Assembly (NCBI GenBank): GCA_026002795.1
Contig: BPGA01000001.1
Coordinates: forward strand, 300,001 to 332,000
Direction of reading: 5' to 3'
Origin: Candidatus Saccharimonadota bacterium
Lineage (GTDB): Archaea > Nanobdellota > Nanobdellia > Pacearchaeales > GW2011-AR1
DNA length: 32,000 nt
Part shown: positions 1 to 9,092 of the stretch, piece by piece
Layout: every line of letters begins with the position of its first letter
How positions within the stretch are numbered: position 1 is the stretch's first letter
Made by a program: the position numbers and the translations under genes
Notes under the pieces: generated by a model
Databases searched by the model: none
Told to the model about the DNA's origin: nothing
Seen by the model: only the letters and a program-made list of their open reading frames with translations

Positions 1-103
1 CTTTTTTTAATAAAAAGACTTCTTTTTTTAAAGAAGAAATCTCATTAAAAAGCGAGTTTATATCTCTCTTTATTTTCTGAAAAGCCTCTCTTATAGGATC
101 CAT
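1..103 (-). CDS. hypothetical protein, N-terminal part only (gene runs off left edge)
   Basis: Not in the ORF track because it is truncated. A reverse-strand ATG (cat at 101-103) opens MDPIREAFQKIKRDINSLFNEISSLKKEVFLLKK..., which stays open to position 1. The sequence is helical and heptad-like. Confidence 0.35.
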   Translation of the reverse strand, partial: MDPIREAFQKIKRDINSLFNEISSLKKEVFLLKK

Positions 104-215
104 TTTAATTTTCGGTTATTAACTTAAGATATAAAAAAGTATTATGTATAAAAATTTAATTATGGGAATTTATGTATTTCCTTCTTTTTTAGTTTATTTG
201 GGTTTAACACTAAGT

Positions 216-482
216 TCAGAGCAATTCTTGATAGGATTTATAGGCCTTATCACTTAAGATCCATCTTGATCTTTTTTTATAGAATTTTCCTTTAGGATTT
301 TTTTTAACTTCATAAACAAGACCTTTTGTTTTCAGCTCTATCAATAATTTCTTTGTAAATTCTTCGTCTCTAGCTATTTCTTTTGCTATATGAGATGTAA
401 AAATTGGTTTAGGAGATGAAGTATATAAAAAAGCTAAAATCTGTTCTAAAATTTTGTTCTTTTTTTCTTGAGAAACTTTCAT
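216..482 (-). CDS. small putative winged-helix DNA-binding protein
   Basis: 88-aa ORF. The pattern IFTSHIAKEIARDEEFTKKLLIELKTKGLVYEVKK followed by a basic tail looks like a helix-turn-helix plus wing. It lies 10 nt downstream of the 493-900 gene on the same strand. Confidence 0.5.
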   Translation of the reverse strand: MKVSQEKKNKILEQILAFLYTSSPKPIFTSHIAKEIARDEEFTKKLLIELKTKGLVYEVKKNPKGKFYKKRSRWILSDKAYKSYQELL

Positions 483-492
483 TTCAGTTTTA

Positions 493-900
493 TTATTCTG
501 ATTTTTTAAAAGTAGGAAGAGGTAGATGTAAAGGAAGATTTAATTCATCTTCCAAACTCATTGCCTTTAAGCTAGCTTTTTTAAGAACACTATTAATTAA
601 AGGAATTCTTACCTCATCAGGAACGTTCTTTTTTTTCCAACCTTTTAAAGTTTCTTTTGCTAATTTCTCATCAACAGAAAAGAGAATTTTTCCATCAATG
701 ACGACTATTGCAAACTCTGGTTCATATTTCACTTTATAACTAAAACTAGCTTCTAAAATTGGTTCTTTAGTTTTTAAAAAGTCTTGTTTAAGTTCTTTAA
801 AATTAGGAAAGTCTATTTCTGTATTTATTGTAATTTTTCCAGAGACTTCTTTTAATCTTTCTGCGTTTACTTTTGTAAAATTAAATCCAAGTATTTTCAT
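493..900 (-). CDS. hypothetical protein (135 aa)
   Basis: Clean ORF with non-repetitive composition, in an operon-like position with 216-482. I recognise no motif with confidence. A vague SecB-like alternating-strand pattern is only an impression. Confidence 0.55.
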   Translation of the reverse strand: MKILGFNFTKVNAERLKEVSGKITINTEIDFPNFKELKQDFLKTKEPILEASFSYKVKYEPEFAIVVIDGKILFSVDEKLAKETLKGWKKKNVPDEVRIPLINSVLKKASLKAMSLEDELNLPLHLPLPTFKKSE

Positions 901-946
901 CTTTAAGATAAAGATAAATTGTTTTTTTAAAATTTTAGTTTTTAAT

Positions 947-1207
947 TTAGATGAGGTCTTCTTCAGATACTACAATAAAGTCTCCTATTGCAATAATTGA
1001 ATTAAAAGGAATTAAAGTTTCATTTGAAGAAGTTTTTTCTAGATTAAGGTTTCTAGTGTAAGGTGTTGCGTCTTTAACAACTAAACTTATTAACTCTCCT
1101 GACCTAGTTTCAAAAGTAATATCTTTAACAAAACCAAGTCTCCTACCTTCTTTTGTAACAATCATTTTACCTATTAAAGAATTATAAGGGTGTTTTTCGC
1201 TAGGCAT
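947..1207 (-). CDS. PRC-barrel domain protein (stand-alone, 86 aa)
   Basis: LIGKMIVTKEGRRLGFVKDITFETRSGELISLVV ... LIPFNSIIAIGDFIVV is the typical PRC-barrel pattern. TTTAAA at 1231-1236 lies 23 nt upstream of the start. Confidence 0.75.
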   Translation of the reverse strand: MPSEKHPYNSLIGKMIVTKEGRRLGFVKDITFETRSGELISLVVKDATPYTRNLNLEKTSSNETLIPFNSIIAIGDFIVVSEEDLI

Positions 1208-1230
1208 TTTAAAAAGAAATGAGAAGTATA

Positions 1231-1236
1231 TTTAAA
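1231..1236 (-). promoter_or_regulatory. TATA-box-like TTTAAA for the PRC-barrel gene
   Basis: TTTAAA lies 23 nt upstream of the start codon at 1207. The same spacing recurs at other genes in the window. Confidence 0.4.
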
Positions 1237-1297
1237 CTTTTCTGTAATCTTTAATAAATATTTATAAAAATATCTAGAATAAATTAAGTATCTCACC

Positions 1298-1315
1298 CCT
1301 TATTTTCTTTTGGAA
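1298..1315 (-). repeat. degenerate inverted ORB-like element
   Basis: The reverse complement ttccaaaagaaaataagg matches the 1441-1458 element at 14 of 18 positions. It lies on the opposite side of the A/T stretch. Confidence 0.25.
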
Positions 1316-1440
1316 AAGATTTAAAAAAAGAATTCAAAAATTTCTTTTTTTATTTTTAATTTTTAAATTTTTATATTTTATAGTATATATCTTTTCTTTT
1401 TTGAATTCACAAGGCTTTTTTCTTTCAAATTTTCTAACAT

Positions 1441-1458
1441 TTCCATAGGAAATAAAGG
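1441..1458 (+). repeat. ORB-like element 1 (TTCCATAGGAAATAAAGG)
   Basis: Contains the dyad TTTCC-ATA-GGAAA (1440-1452). This resembles the TTCCA..GGAAAT core of archaeal origin recognition boxes. Confidence 0.5.
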
Positions 1459-1538
1459 TGTCTTTCTTTTTAAGTAGTCATAACTCTTTAAAACCTCTAA
1501 AATTATTTTTTCGATGATTTTTTTCAAAAAAAGTTTTT

Positions 1539-1556
1539 TTCCATAAGAAATAAAAG
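1539..1556 (+). repeat. ORB-like element 2 (TTCCATAAGAAATAAAAG)
   Basis: A direct repeat of element 1, identical at 16 of 18 positions. It ends 8 nt before the orc1/cdc6 start. Confidence 0.45.
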
Positions 1557-1563
1557 TTAAAAA

Positions 1564-2775
1564 ATGAAACACGAGCTAGAAAAAATTTTTGAATCTTTTG
1601 ATAACAACAGAATTTTTAATGACAAATCGATATTGCAAATAACCTACAGACCAAACGAGATAAAACATAGAGAAGAACAAATAAAACAACTTGCAAAAAT
1701 TTTAGCTCCAGTTCTTAGAGGCGAAAAAACAAGCAATGTTTTTTTATATGGAAATACAGGTACAGGAAAAACCCTTTCTATACTTTATATAAAAGACGAG
1801 CTTCTTAAGAGAGCAGAGAGAATTCAAGAATTTAAGATAAAAATAGAATATTTAAACTGCAAACTTAAAAAAGTTTCAGATACAGAATATAGAATTTTAG
1901 CAGAACTTATTAAGAAATTTGGAGGTAATGTTCCTAATACAGGCCTTCCTACAGAAACAGTTTACTCTAAATTTATAGACCTGATAGATTCTAAAAAACA
2001 ATACATCATTTTAATTTTAGATGAAATCGATCAAGCAGTTAAAAAAATATCTAGCGACTTTCTTTATAACTTAACAAGGCTAAATTCAGAGCTTTCAAAA
2101 ACACAAATAAGTTTAGTTGGAATAAGTAATGATCTTACTTTTTTAGAAGGAATAGACCCTAGAGTAAGAAGTTCTTTATCTGAAGAAGAAGTAATTTTTC
2201 CTCCTTATAACGCAATTCAACTTCAGGATATCCTAAACCAAAGAGCAAAATTAGCATTTAAAGAAGGAGTGATTCAGGAAGGAGTAATTTCAAAGTGTGC
2301 AGCATTAGCAGCAAGAGAACATGGAGATGCAAGAAGAGCTTTAGACTTGTTAAGAATAGCAGGAGAGCTTGCAGAAAGAGATGGCTCAAAAAAAATTTTA
2401 ATGAAACATCTTGATGAGGCAAACACAAAAATAGAAAGAGATAAAATTCTTGATATAGTAAGCTCAGAACCAAAGCAGTTTCAATATGTTCTCTATTCTA
2501 TTATAAAACTTATTGAAAAAAATAACGGAAAACCTGTTTTTACAGGAGATGTTTATGCACTTTATCAAGAACTCTGCCAAAAAAACAAAGCAGAAATTTT
2601 AACTCAAAGAAGAGTTTCTGATATTATACAAGAGTTTGATATGTTGGGCATAATAAATGTAAGAGTTATATCAAAAGGAAGAGGCGGAAGAATGAGAGAA
2701 ATTAAGCTAGCTGTTTCAAAACCAATATCCGAAAAGATTAAACAAATAATAGAAGAGAATCTAACATATAAATAA
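1564..2775 (+). CDS. cdc6: Orc1/Cdc6 replication initiator
   Basis: Walker A GNTGTGKT, Walker B ILILDEID and GDARRALDLLR (sensor 2 region) are present, followed by a C-terminal winged-helix-like region. The 403-aa length is typical. Confidence 0.95.
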   Translation: MKHELEKIFESFDNNRIFNDKSILQITYRPNEIKHREEQIKQLAKILAPVLRGEKTSNVFLYGNTGTGKTLSILYIKDELLKRAERIQEFKIKIEYLNCKLKKVSDTEYRILAELIKKFGGNVPNTGLPTETVYSKFIDLIDSKKQYIILILDEIDQAVKKISSDFLYNLTRLNSELSKTQISLVGISNDLTFLEGIDPRVRSSLSEEEVIFPPYNAIQLQDILNQRAKLAFKEGVIQEGVISKCAALAAREHGDARRALDLLRIAGELAERDGSKKILMKHLDEANTKIERDKILDIVSSEPKQFQYVLYSIIKLIEKNNGKPVFTGDVYALYQELCQKNKAEILTQRRVSDIIQEFDMLGIINVRVISKGRGGRMREIKLAVSKPISEKIKQIIEENLTYK

Positions 2776-2801
2776 AACAACTTACAAATTTAAATAAAAA
2801 A

Positions 2802-4358
2802 ATGGAAGAAAAAGAGATATTAACTTTTTTTATAAAAAACGGTCTTTTAATAGAACCTTCTCTTTTAAAAAAATTTACAAAAATTCAGGATACTGAGCTT
2901 ATCAAATCTCTTGTTGAGCTTTTAAAAAAAGAGGTTAATTCAAAAATAATTACAGAAGAAGTACTAAAAAAGAATCAAGAAAAGTTAAGCAAAATCTTTG
3001 AAGAGTCAGAAGGCGTATATAAAGAAAGTTTAGAAAAAGTAAAAATTACTCTTGGTTTTGAGATAGAGCTCTCAAAAAAAAGAATTGAAATAGAAAAAAG
3101 ACAAGAACCTTTAGAAAAAAAAGATAGCTCAAGAGTTTTAATTTATAATCCTCTATATAAAACAAAGAAAAAAATTTCTATAGAAGACTTTACTAATCTC
3201 TTTAAAGACAGATTTTTAGAAATTAAAAACATACTTCAAAATAAACCAGAGTTAGAAAATTTAATTTCAATAAATAAAGTATCCTCTCTAAGAAAGCAAT
3301 CTATTATAGGGCTTGTTTCTGAAAAGAGGATTACCCAGAACAATAATGTCCTTTTAGAGCTAGAGGATCAAACAGGAAAAATAAAAGTTTTAGTTAACCA
3401 AAGCAAACAAGAAGCTTATCAAAAAGCTTTAGATGTTTCTTTAGATTCTGTTATAGGAATTGTTGGATCAGGAAATAAAGAATTCTTTTTTGCTAACGAC
3501 ATAGTTTTTCCAGACGCTTTTCTTCAAGAGAGAAAAAAATCTCCAAAAGAGGAATATGCTCTATTCATTAGCGATATTCACTTTGGCAGCAAACTTTTTA
3601 TGAAAGAAAATTTTCTAAATTTTATTGATTTTTTAAACGGAAAAACACCTTCAAATATTGATACATCTAAAATAAAATATCTTTTTATTGTTGGAGATAT
3701 TGTTGCTGGTATTGGAGTTTATCCTAATCAAGAAAAGGATTTGGAAATTTTAGATTTAGAAGACCAGTTTAAAGGTTTTGCAGAGCTTTTAAGTAATATA
3801 AGAAGAGACATCAACATAATAATCTCTCCAGGAAATCATGACGGAGTTAGACTTATGGAACCTCAACCACCTTTAGACGAAAAATACTCATGGCCTCTTT
3901 ATAATTTAAGAAATGTTTACTTGGTTAGTAACCCTTCTTATGTCAATATTTCATCTTCAGAAAGTTTTTCAGGGTTTGATGTTCTAATCTATCACGGATT
4001 CTCTTATCCTTTTTATGCTTCTACAGTACCCTCTTTAATGGAAGGAGGACTTAACTCTCCAGAAAAAATAATGGCGTATCTCTTAAAAAATAGACATTTA
4101 TCTCCAACATACTCATCAACACAAATTTTTCCTTTAGAAAAAGACGAGCTTATAATTAAAAAAATTCCAGACATATTTGTTTCGGGCCATACACATAAAT
4201 GTGCTGTTCATAATTACAATAATATTCTTCTTATTTCAGGAGGCACATGGGAAAAGGAAACAGAATATCAAAAAAGAAAAGGAAATAAACCAGACTTTTG
4301 TAAGGTTCCAATGCTAAACCTTAAATCAGGTTCTGTAAAAGTTCTCGATTTTGAGTAA
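2802..4358 (+). CDS. polB: DNA polymerase II (PolD) small subunit DP1
   Basis: The C-terminal half carries calcineurin/Mre11-like phosphoesterase motifs: SDIHFGS, VGDIVAG, PGNHDG and SGHTHK. An OB-like middle region is present. The gene lies directly upstream of DP2. Confidence 0.9.
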   Translation: MEEKEILTFFIKNGLLIEPSLLKKFTKIQDTELIKSLVELLKKEVNSKIITEEVLKKNQEKLSKIFEESEGVYKESLEKVKITLGFEIELSKKRIEIEKRQEPLEKKDSSRVLIYNPLYKTKKKISIEDFTNLFKDRFLEIKNILQNKPELENLISINKVSSLRKQSIIGLVSEKRITQNNNVLLELEDQTGKIKVLVNQSKQEAYQKALDVSLDSVIGIVGSGNKEFFFANDIVFPDAFLQERKKSPKEEYALFISDIHFGSKLFMKENFLNFIDFLNGKTPSNIDTSKIKYLFIVGDIVAGIGVYPNQEKDLEILDLEDQFKGFAELLSNIRRDINIIISPGNHDGVRLMEPQPPLDEKYSWPLYNLRNVYLVSNPSYVNISSSESFSGFDVLIYHGFSYPFYASTVPSLMEGGLNSPEKIMAYLLKNRHLSPTYSSTQIFPLEKDELIIKKIPDIFVSGHTHKCAVHNYNNILLISGGTWEKETEYQKRKGNKPDFCKVPMLNLKSGSVKVLDFE

Positions 4359-4359
4359 A

Positions 4360-7300
4360 ATGAACATAGAAGAGTACTTTAAAGAAATAGAAAAAGAAAC
4401 CAAGAAAGTTTATGATATAGCTGAAAAAGCAAGAGCTAAAGGATATGATCCTGTAAACTATGTTGAAATTCCATTAGCAAGAAGTTTAGCAGAAAAAGTT
4501 GTCGGTTTGCTTTCTAGTGTATATCCTCAAATGAAAAACACCACAATTTCTAAAAGAATTATAGAGCTTGAAAAAGAATACGGAAAATTGGATCCTGCAG
4601 TATGTTTAAAGATAGCAGAAGAAGTCGCAAAACAAAAATTTTGTCAGTTCTCTAGTTTAATAGAAGCAGTAGAAGCAGGAGCAAGAACTGGAATTGCTTA
4701 CTTTACTTTAGGAGTTGTCTCAAGCCCGATAGAAGGCTTAACACATATTAAAGTTAAGAAAACAAAAGATGGAGAAAATTATCTATGCTGCTATTTTTCT
4801 GGTCCAATAAGAAGCGCAGGAGGAACAGGAGCCGCTTTCTCTTTAATTATACTTGATTATTTAAGAGAAATGTTTGGTTTTTCTAAATACGATCCAACAG
4901 AAGAAGAAATAAATAGGGCGGTTATTGAAATTAACGATTATCATGAAAAAATTACTAATTTGCAGTATTTTCCTACAATAGAAGAAATAAGGTTCTTAGT
5001 TAAAAATATTCCTATACAAGTAGACGGAGATGCTACAGAAACTCTAGAAGTTTCTAGTTATAGAAATTTAAAAAGGATAGAAACAAACAAAATTAGAGGG
5101 GGATTTTGTTTGATTATAGGAGAGGGAATTGCACAAAAAGCAAAGAAAATTTTAAGATATGTCAATTCTCTTAAGAAAAAAGGATTTAAGATTAGTGATT
5201 GGGATTTTTTGGAAGAGTATGTAAAACTTCATGAAAATAGGGAAAAAGATTCTAATACATCATTACCAACATACATAAACGATTTAGTTGCTGGAAGGCC
5301 TATTTTTGGACATCCTTCGAGATCAGGAGCTTTTAGATTTCGCTATGGAAGATCACGAAATTCAGGGTTTAGTGCAACATCTATTCATCCGGCAACTATG
5401 ACCATTACAGAAAATTTTATAGCAATAGGAACCCAATTAAAACTAGAAAAACCTTCTAAAGGATGTGTTGTGACTTCTTGTGATAGTATTGATGGTCCGA
5501 TTGTCAAACTTTATAACGGAAGCGTTAAAAAAATAAAGAGCGAAGAAGAAGCAAAAAAATATGCTCAAGATATAGAAGAAATAATTTACTTAGGAGATAT
5601 TCTTTTTCCTTTTAGTGACTTATCAAACAGAAATGCTCAGTTAATTAAGCCAGGTTACGTCGAGGAAATTTGGAGCTTGCAGTTAAAAGAAAAAAATCTT
5701 GAAGAATGGAAAAAAATAGACTCTTTTAATGTTTCTTTAAGGGAAGCAATTAAACTTTCTAAATCTTTTAAAATTCCTCTTTATCCAAAATATATCTTTT
5801 TTTGGACCCAAATAAATTTTGAACAATTTGAAAATTTAATCGAATGGTTAAAAAATTCAAAATTTTTGAATAACAATCTTATTCTTCCTTTCACAAAAAA
5901 AGATCAGGAAAGATTTTCAAAAGGAAAAAGATCTTTAGAAATTTTAGGTGTAGAACATGATTTTTTAATAGAAAATGTTATTGTTAAAGGAGATGAAGCA
6001 AGAGCATTACTAATTAATTTAGGTTTTAATTTTGATGATCTTGATTCAAAAAAAGAGATTTTTTTGAAAGATTTTTTCTTAGAAATAGAAAGCAAATTTA
6101 AAGAATTTAATAAAGAAGAGAATAAAGAAAAAAATTTACTCTCTTTCATAAATCAGATTTCTAAATTTACTATTAAAGATAAAGCAGGAGAGTTTATCGG
6201 AGCAAGAATGGGAAGACCAGAAAAAGCTAAAATTAGAAAACTTAAAGGAAGTCCAAATGTTATCTTTCCTGTCGGAATGGAAGGAGGAAGATTGAGAAGC
6301 ATTCTTGCTGCGTGTGATGTAGGAAAAGTTAGTGCAGATTTTCCTTGTTTTTTCTGCGAGAAGTGTAATAAAGAAACAATCTATCAAACTTGCGAGAGTT
6401 GTGACAATAAATGCAAGAAACTTTTATACTGTCCTTTTTGTAAAAAAACATCTTTAGAACTTTGTTTAATTCATCAAAAAGCCCAATGTTTTTATTTTAG
6501 ATCTATTGATATTAGACACTACCTTGACAAAGCAGCAGAAAAATTAGAGATTACTAAAACAGAAATTCCTATAATGATTAAAGGTGTTAGAGGGACAAGC
6601 TCTAAAAACCATTATTTAGAGAATTTGGTTAAGGGTATTTTAAGAGCTAAATACAATTTGCAAGTTAATAAAGATGGCACAATAAGATTTGATGCTACAG
6701 AGATGCCTTTAACATGTTTTAAACCAAAAGAAATTTCAACAAGTGTAGAAAAATTAAGGGAATTGGGTTATACAAAAGATATTTATGGAAACGATCTTAT
6801 ATCAGAAGATCAGCTTTTAGAACTAAAGCCCCATGACGTTTTACTTCCTAGTCCACAAGAATCTCCGGAAAGTAGAGCTGATGAGGTTTTTATTAGAGTA
6901 TGTCATTTTATTGACGAACTTTTAGAGAAACTTTACGGATTGCCAGCTTTTTACAACGTAAAAAAAAGAGAAGACCTTATAGGAAAACTTGGAGTTTGTA
7001 TTGCACCACATAATTGTGCAGGAGTTATTTGCAGATTTATTGGCTTTTCAAATACCTTAGGTGTTTTTGCAAGTCCTTATATACATGCAGCCATAAGAAG
7101 AGATTGTGATGGTGATGAACTTGCTTTAGCTCTTTTAGGAGATGTTTTGATAAATTTTTCTCGAGAATTTCTTCCAGATCATAGAGGAGCAACACAAGAC
7201 TCTCCCATTGTTTTAAACGCAAGAATTGATGCTGGAGAAGTAGATGATCAAATCTTAGATTTTGAGCTTGTTTATGAATATCCTTTATACCTGTATGAAG

Positions 7301-7854
7301 CCGCAGAAGAAAAGAAACATTCTTCAGAAATTAAGATTTATGATGTAAGAACAGCAATTAAAGAAGGAAAAAACCCTTTTGAAGGGATGGGTTTTACACA
7401 CAATACTTCAAACATTAATTTAGGAAATATTTGTTCAAGTTATAAGCTTTTAACAACAATGCAGGAAAAACTAGAAAAGCAAATGAACCTAGTGGAAAAA
7501 ATTAGGGCAGTAGATCAAGACGAAACAGCCAGGCTTGTCATAGAAAAACATTTTTTAAAAGATATAAAAGGAAATCTTAGAAAGTTCTCAACTCAAGAAT
7601 TTAGATGTGTTTCTTGTAACGAAATTTTGAGAAGACCCCCTCTTTCAGGAAAATGTACAAGATGTAAAGGAAAAATTATCTTCACAACAAACGAAGGAGG
7701 AATAAAAAAATATTTAGAAGTAGCTTTAGAACTATCTAAAAGATATAACCTACCTTCTTTTGTTAAACAAAATTTAGAACTAACAAAGAGACATATAGAT
7801 TCTGTTTTTGGAAAAGAAGAAGAAATCCAAGAGAGTCTAGGAAGATGGTTTTAA
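4360..7854 (+). CDS. polC: DNA polymerase II (PolD) large subunit DP2
   Basis: About 1164 aa, with GARMGRPEKA, RRDCDGDELA and two Cys4 zinc-finger clusters (nt 6345-6445 and 7606-7665). No intein-sized insertion is present. The track start at 4351 is TTG overlapping the DP1 stop, so I prefer the in-frame ATG at 4360. Confidence 0.95.
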   Translation: MNIEEYFKEIEKETKKVYDIAEKARAKGYDPVNYVEIPLARSLAEKVVGLLSSVYPQMKNTTISKRIIELEKEYGKLDPAVCLKIAEEVAKQKFCQFSSLIEAVEAGARTGIAYFTLGVVSSPIEGLTHIKVKKTKDGENYLCCYFSGPIRSAGGTGAAFSLIILDYLREMFGFSKYDPTEEEINRAVIEINDYHEKITNLQYFPTIEEIRFLVKNIPIQVDGDATETLEVSSYRNLKRIETNKIRGGFCLIIGEGIAQKAKKILRYVNSLKKKGFKISDWDFLEEYVKLHENREKDSNTSLPTYINDLVAGRPIFGHPSRSGAFRFRYGRSRNSGFSATSIHPATMTITENFIAIGTQLKLEKPSKGCVVTSCDSIDGPIVKLYNGSVKKIKSEEEAKKYAQDIEEIIYLGDILFPFSDLSNRNAQLIKPGYVEEIWSLQLKEKNLEEWKKIDSFNVSLREAIKLSKSFKIPLYPKYIFFWTQINFEQFENLIEWLKNSKFLNNNLILPFTKKDQERFSKGKRSLEILGVEHDFLIENVIVKGDEARALLINLGFNFDDLDSKKEIFLKDFFLEIESKFKEFNKEENKEKNLLSFINQISKFTIKDKAGEFIGARMGRPEKAKIRKLKGSPNVIFPVGMEGGRLRSILAACDVGKVSADFPCFFCEKCNKETIYQTCESCDNKCKKLLYCPFCKKTSLELCLIHQKAQCFYFRSIDIRHYLDKAAEKLEITKTEIPIMIKGVRGTSSKNHYLENLVKGILRAKYNLQVNKDGTIRFDATEMPLTCFKPKEISTSVEKLRELGYTKDIYGNDLISEDQLLELKPHDVLLPSPQESPESRADEVFIRVCHFIDELLEKLYGLPAFYNVKKREDLIGKLGVCIAPHNCAGVICRFIGFSNTLGVFASPYIHAAIRRDCDGDELALALLGDVLINFSREFLPDHRGATQDSPIVLNARIDAGEVDDQILDFELVYEYPLYLYEAAEEKKHSSEIKIYDVRTAIKEGKNPFEGMGFTHNTSNINLGNICSSYKLLTTMQEKLEKQMNLVEKIRAVDQDETARLVIEKHFLKDIKGNLRKFSTQEFRCVSCNEILRRPPLSGKCTRCKGKIIFTTNEGGIKKYLEVALELSKRYNLPSFVKQNLELTKRHIDSVFGKEEEIQESLGRWF

Positions 7855-9050
7855 AAAAGATAAAGGATTATTGTGGGTAGAAGAAGAGAACCCATCATTT
7901 GAGTTCTTTTAACACTTAAGCCTATACAAAAAATTCCTGTAATTGTTGAAACAAGAAAAACTAAAGACCCCAAAAAACCAGATATTAAAAAAACAACAAT
8001 AAAAACAAAAATTAAAGTTAGTTTAGATAGAAAACTATAGTTTATAAAGTGTATTTTTTTTGAAAAAAACTTTCCAATTTTTAAAACAAGCAAAAAAGAG
8101 AAAATTCCACTTAAAAGAGCAATAACTAAAATAAAAATTAAAATTTTAAAATTAAGGCTTTCAAGTAAACTTTGAATTGCTGCAGCAGAACCCGTTCTTG
8201 ATCTTGATATAGAATAGAAAAAAACAAAAGATAAACCCATTACTAAAGTGTTTGTTGCGCCAAGTAAAACTAAAAAACCCCTGTTATCTAGTTTAGTTAT
8301 TAAGCTTCCTAGAACAGCGATCTGTCCGCTTCCAATTCCAGGAAACATACTTAAAAGAGGCGAAGCTATTGAAGTTCCTAAAATAGGTTTAAAAAGCTTT
8401 TTTCCTATGATTTTTCTATCTAGGATTTTTTGTTTTGGAATTTTTGTTTTCATTTTTATGCTTAAAATCAACATTGAAGCTCCAAAAAGTCCAGAAAGTA
8501 GAGGTAACAAAGGTTCATTAAACTCTAAATTTAAAACTATCAAACCCAAAATTCCTGTAATTACAAAAACAAAAAAAGAAGAAATCTTTTTTTTGTCTGA
8601 AAAAATAAGAATTAACGAGATTAAAATTAAAAAATATGCAATTAAATTTGATTTTTGAAAAAAGAAATAAACCTTTGGCAACAAAAAAACAGAAGGAAAA
8701 ATTAAAACAAAAAGAATAAATAAAGAAAGTAATCCTCCGTAAGCAGAAAGTTTTATTGCTTCATAACCAAAACCTTTTTTTAACATTTCATGACCAGGTA
8801 AAACAGAGAGTTCTGTTCCATCTTCTGGAACACCTAAAAAGATAGAAGGAATAAAATCAAAAAAAGTGTGTGTTATAGACATAGAAACAATAAATACAAC
8901 CAGGTAAATAGGATCTAAAAAACCTAATTTATTTTGAGAAAGAAAAACTAAAAGAGCCCCTATTAAATTTACATGTACTCCAGGAATTAATCCAGTTAAA
9001 ATTCCAGAGAAAATTCCCAGAAATAAAAACGCTAAAACCTCAATTAACAT
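7851..9050 (-). CDS. polytopic membrane protein, TctA/DUF112-like
   Basis: About 10 or more hydrophobic segments. The N-terminal GILTGLIPGVHVN and a later MFPGIGSGQIA resemble the repeated G-x-x-PG motifs of TctA-family proteins (recalled). The track start at 9056 is TTG, and ATG at 9050 is more likely. Confidence 0.5.
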   Translation of the reverse strand: MLIEVLAFLFLGIFSGILTGLIPGVHVNLIGALLVFLSQNKLGFLDPIYLVVFIVSMSITHTFFDFIPSIFLGVPEDGTELSVLPGHEMLKKGFGYEAIKLSAYGGLLSLFILFVLIFPSVFLLPKVYFFFQKSNLIAYFLILISLILIFSDKKKISSFFVFVITGILGLIVLNLEFNEPLLPLLSGLFGASMLILSIKMKTKIPKQKILDRKIIGKKLFKPILGTSIASPLLSMFPGIGSGQIAVLGSLITKLDNRGFLVLLGATNTLVMGLSFVFFYSISRSRTGSAAAIQSLLESLNFKILIFILVIALLSGIFSFLLVLKIGKFFSKKIHFINYSFLSKLTLIFVFIVVFLISGFLGSLVFLVSTITGIFCIGLSVKRTQMMGSLLLPTIILYLF

Positions 9051-9092
9051 AATCAAGAAAAGATTTAATAATTATTAAGAATTTTTGTTAAA

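Larger units (their letters stand above)
1208..1563. other. candidate chromosomal replication origin (oriC) region
   Basis: A 355-nt non-coding gap directly upstream of orc1/cdc6. It holds two direct ORB-like repeats, one weaker inverted copy, and about 120 nt of almost pure A/T (1316-1440) as a possible unwinding element. Confidence 0.55.

Noticed and set aside
1378-1572. 64-aa minus-strand ORF in the gap upstream of orc1/cdc6.
   Set aside because: It spans the A/T-only stretch and both ORB-like repeats and overlaps the orc1 start. The translation is a composition artefact (K/L/F/I-rich). I interpret the region as non-coding origin and promoter DNA.
6345-7665. Cysteine clusters in the PolD large subunit (CFFCEKC...CESC...CPFC at 6345-6445 and CVSC...CTRC at 7606-7665).
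   Set aside because: These are the expected zinc-finger modules of DP2, not an insertion or novel domain. The protein length gives no room for an intein.
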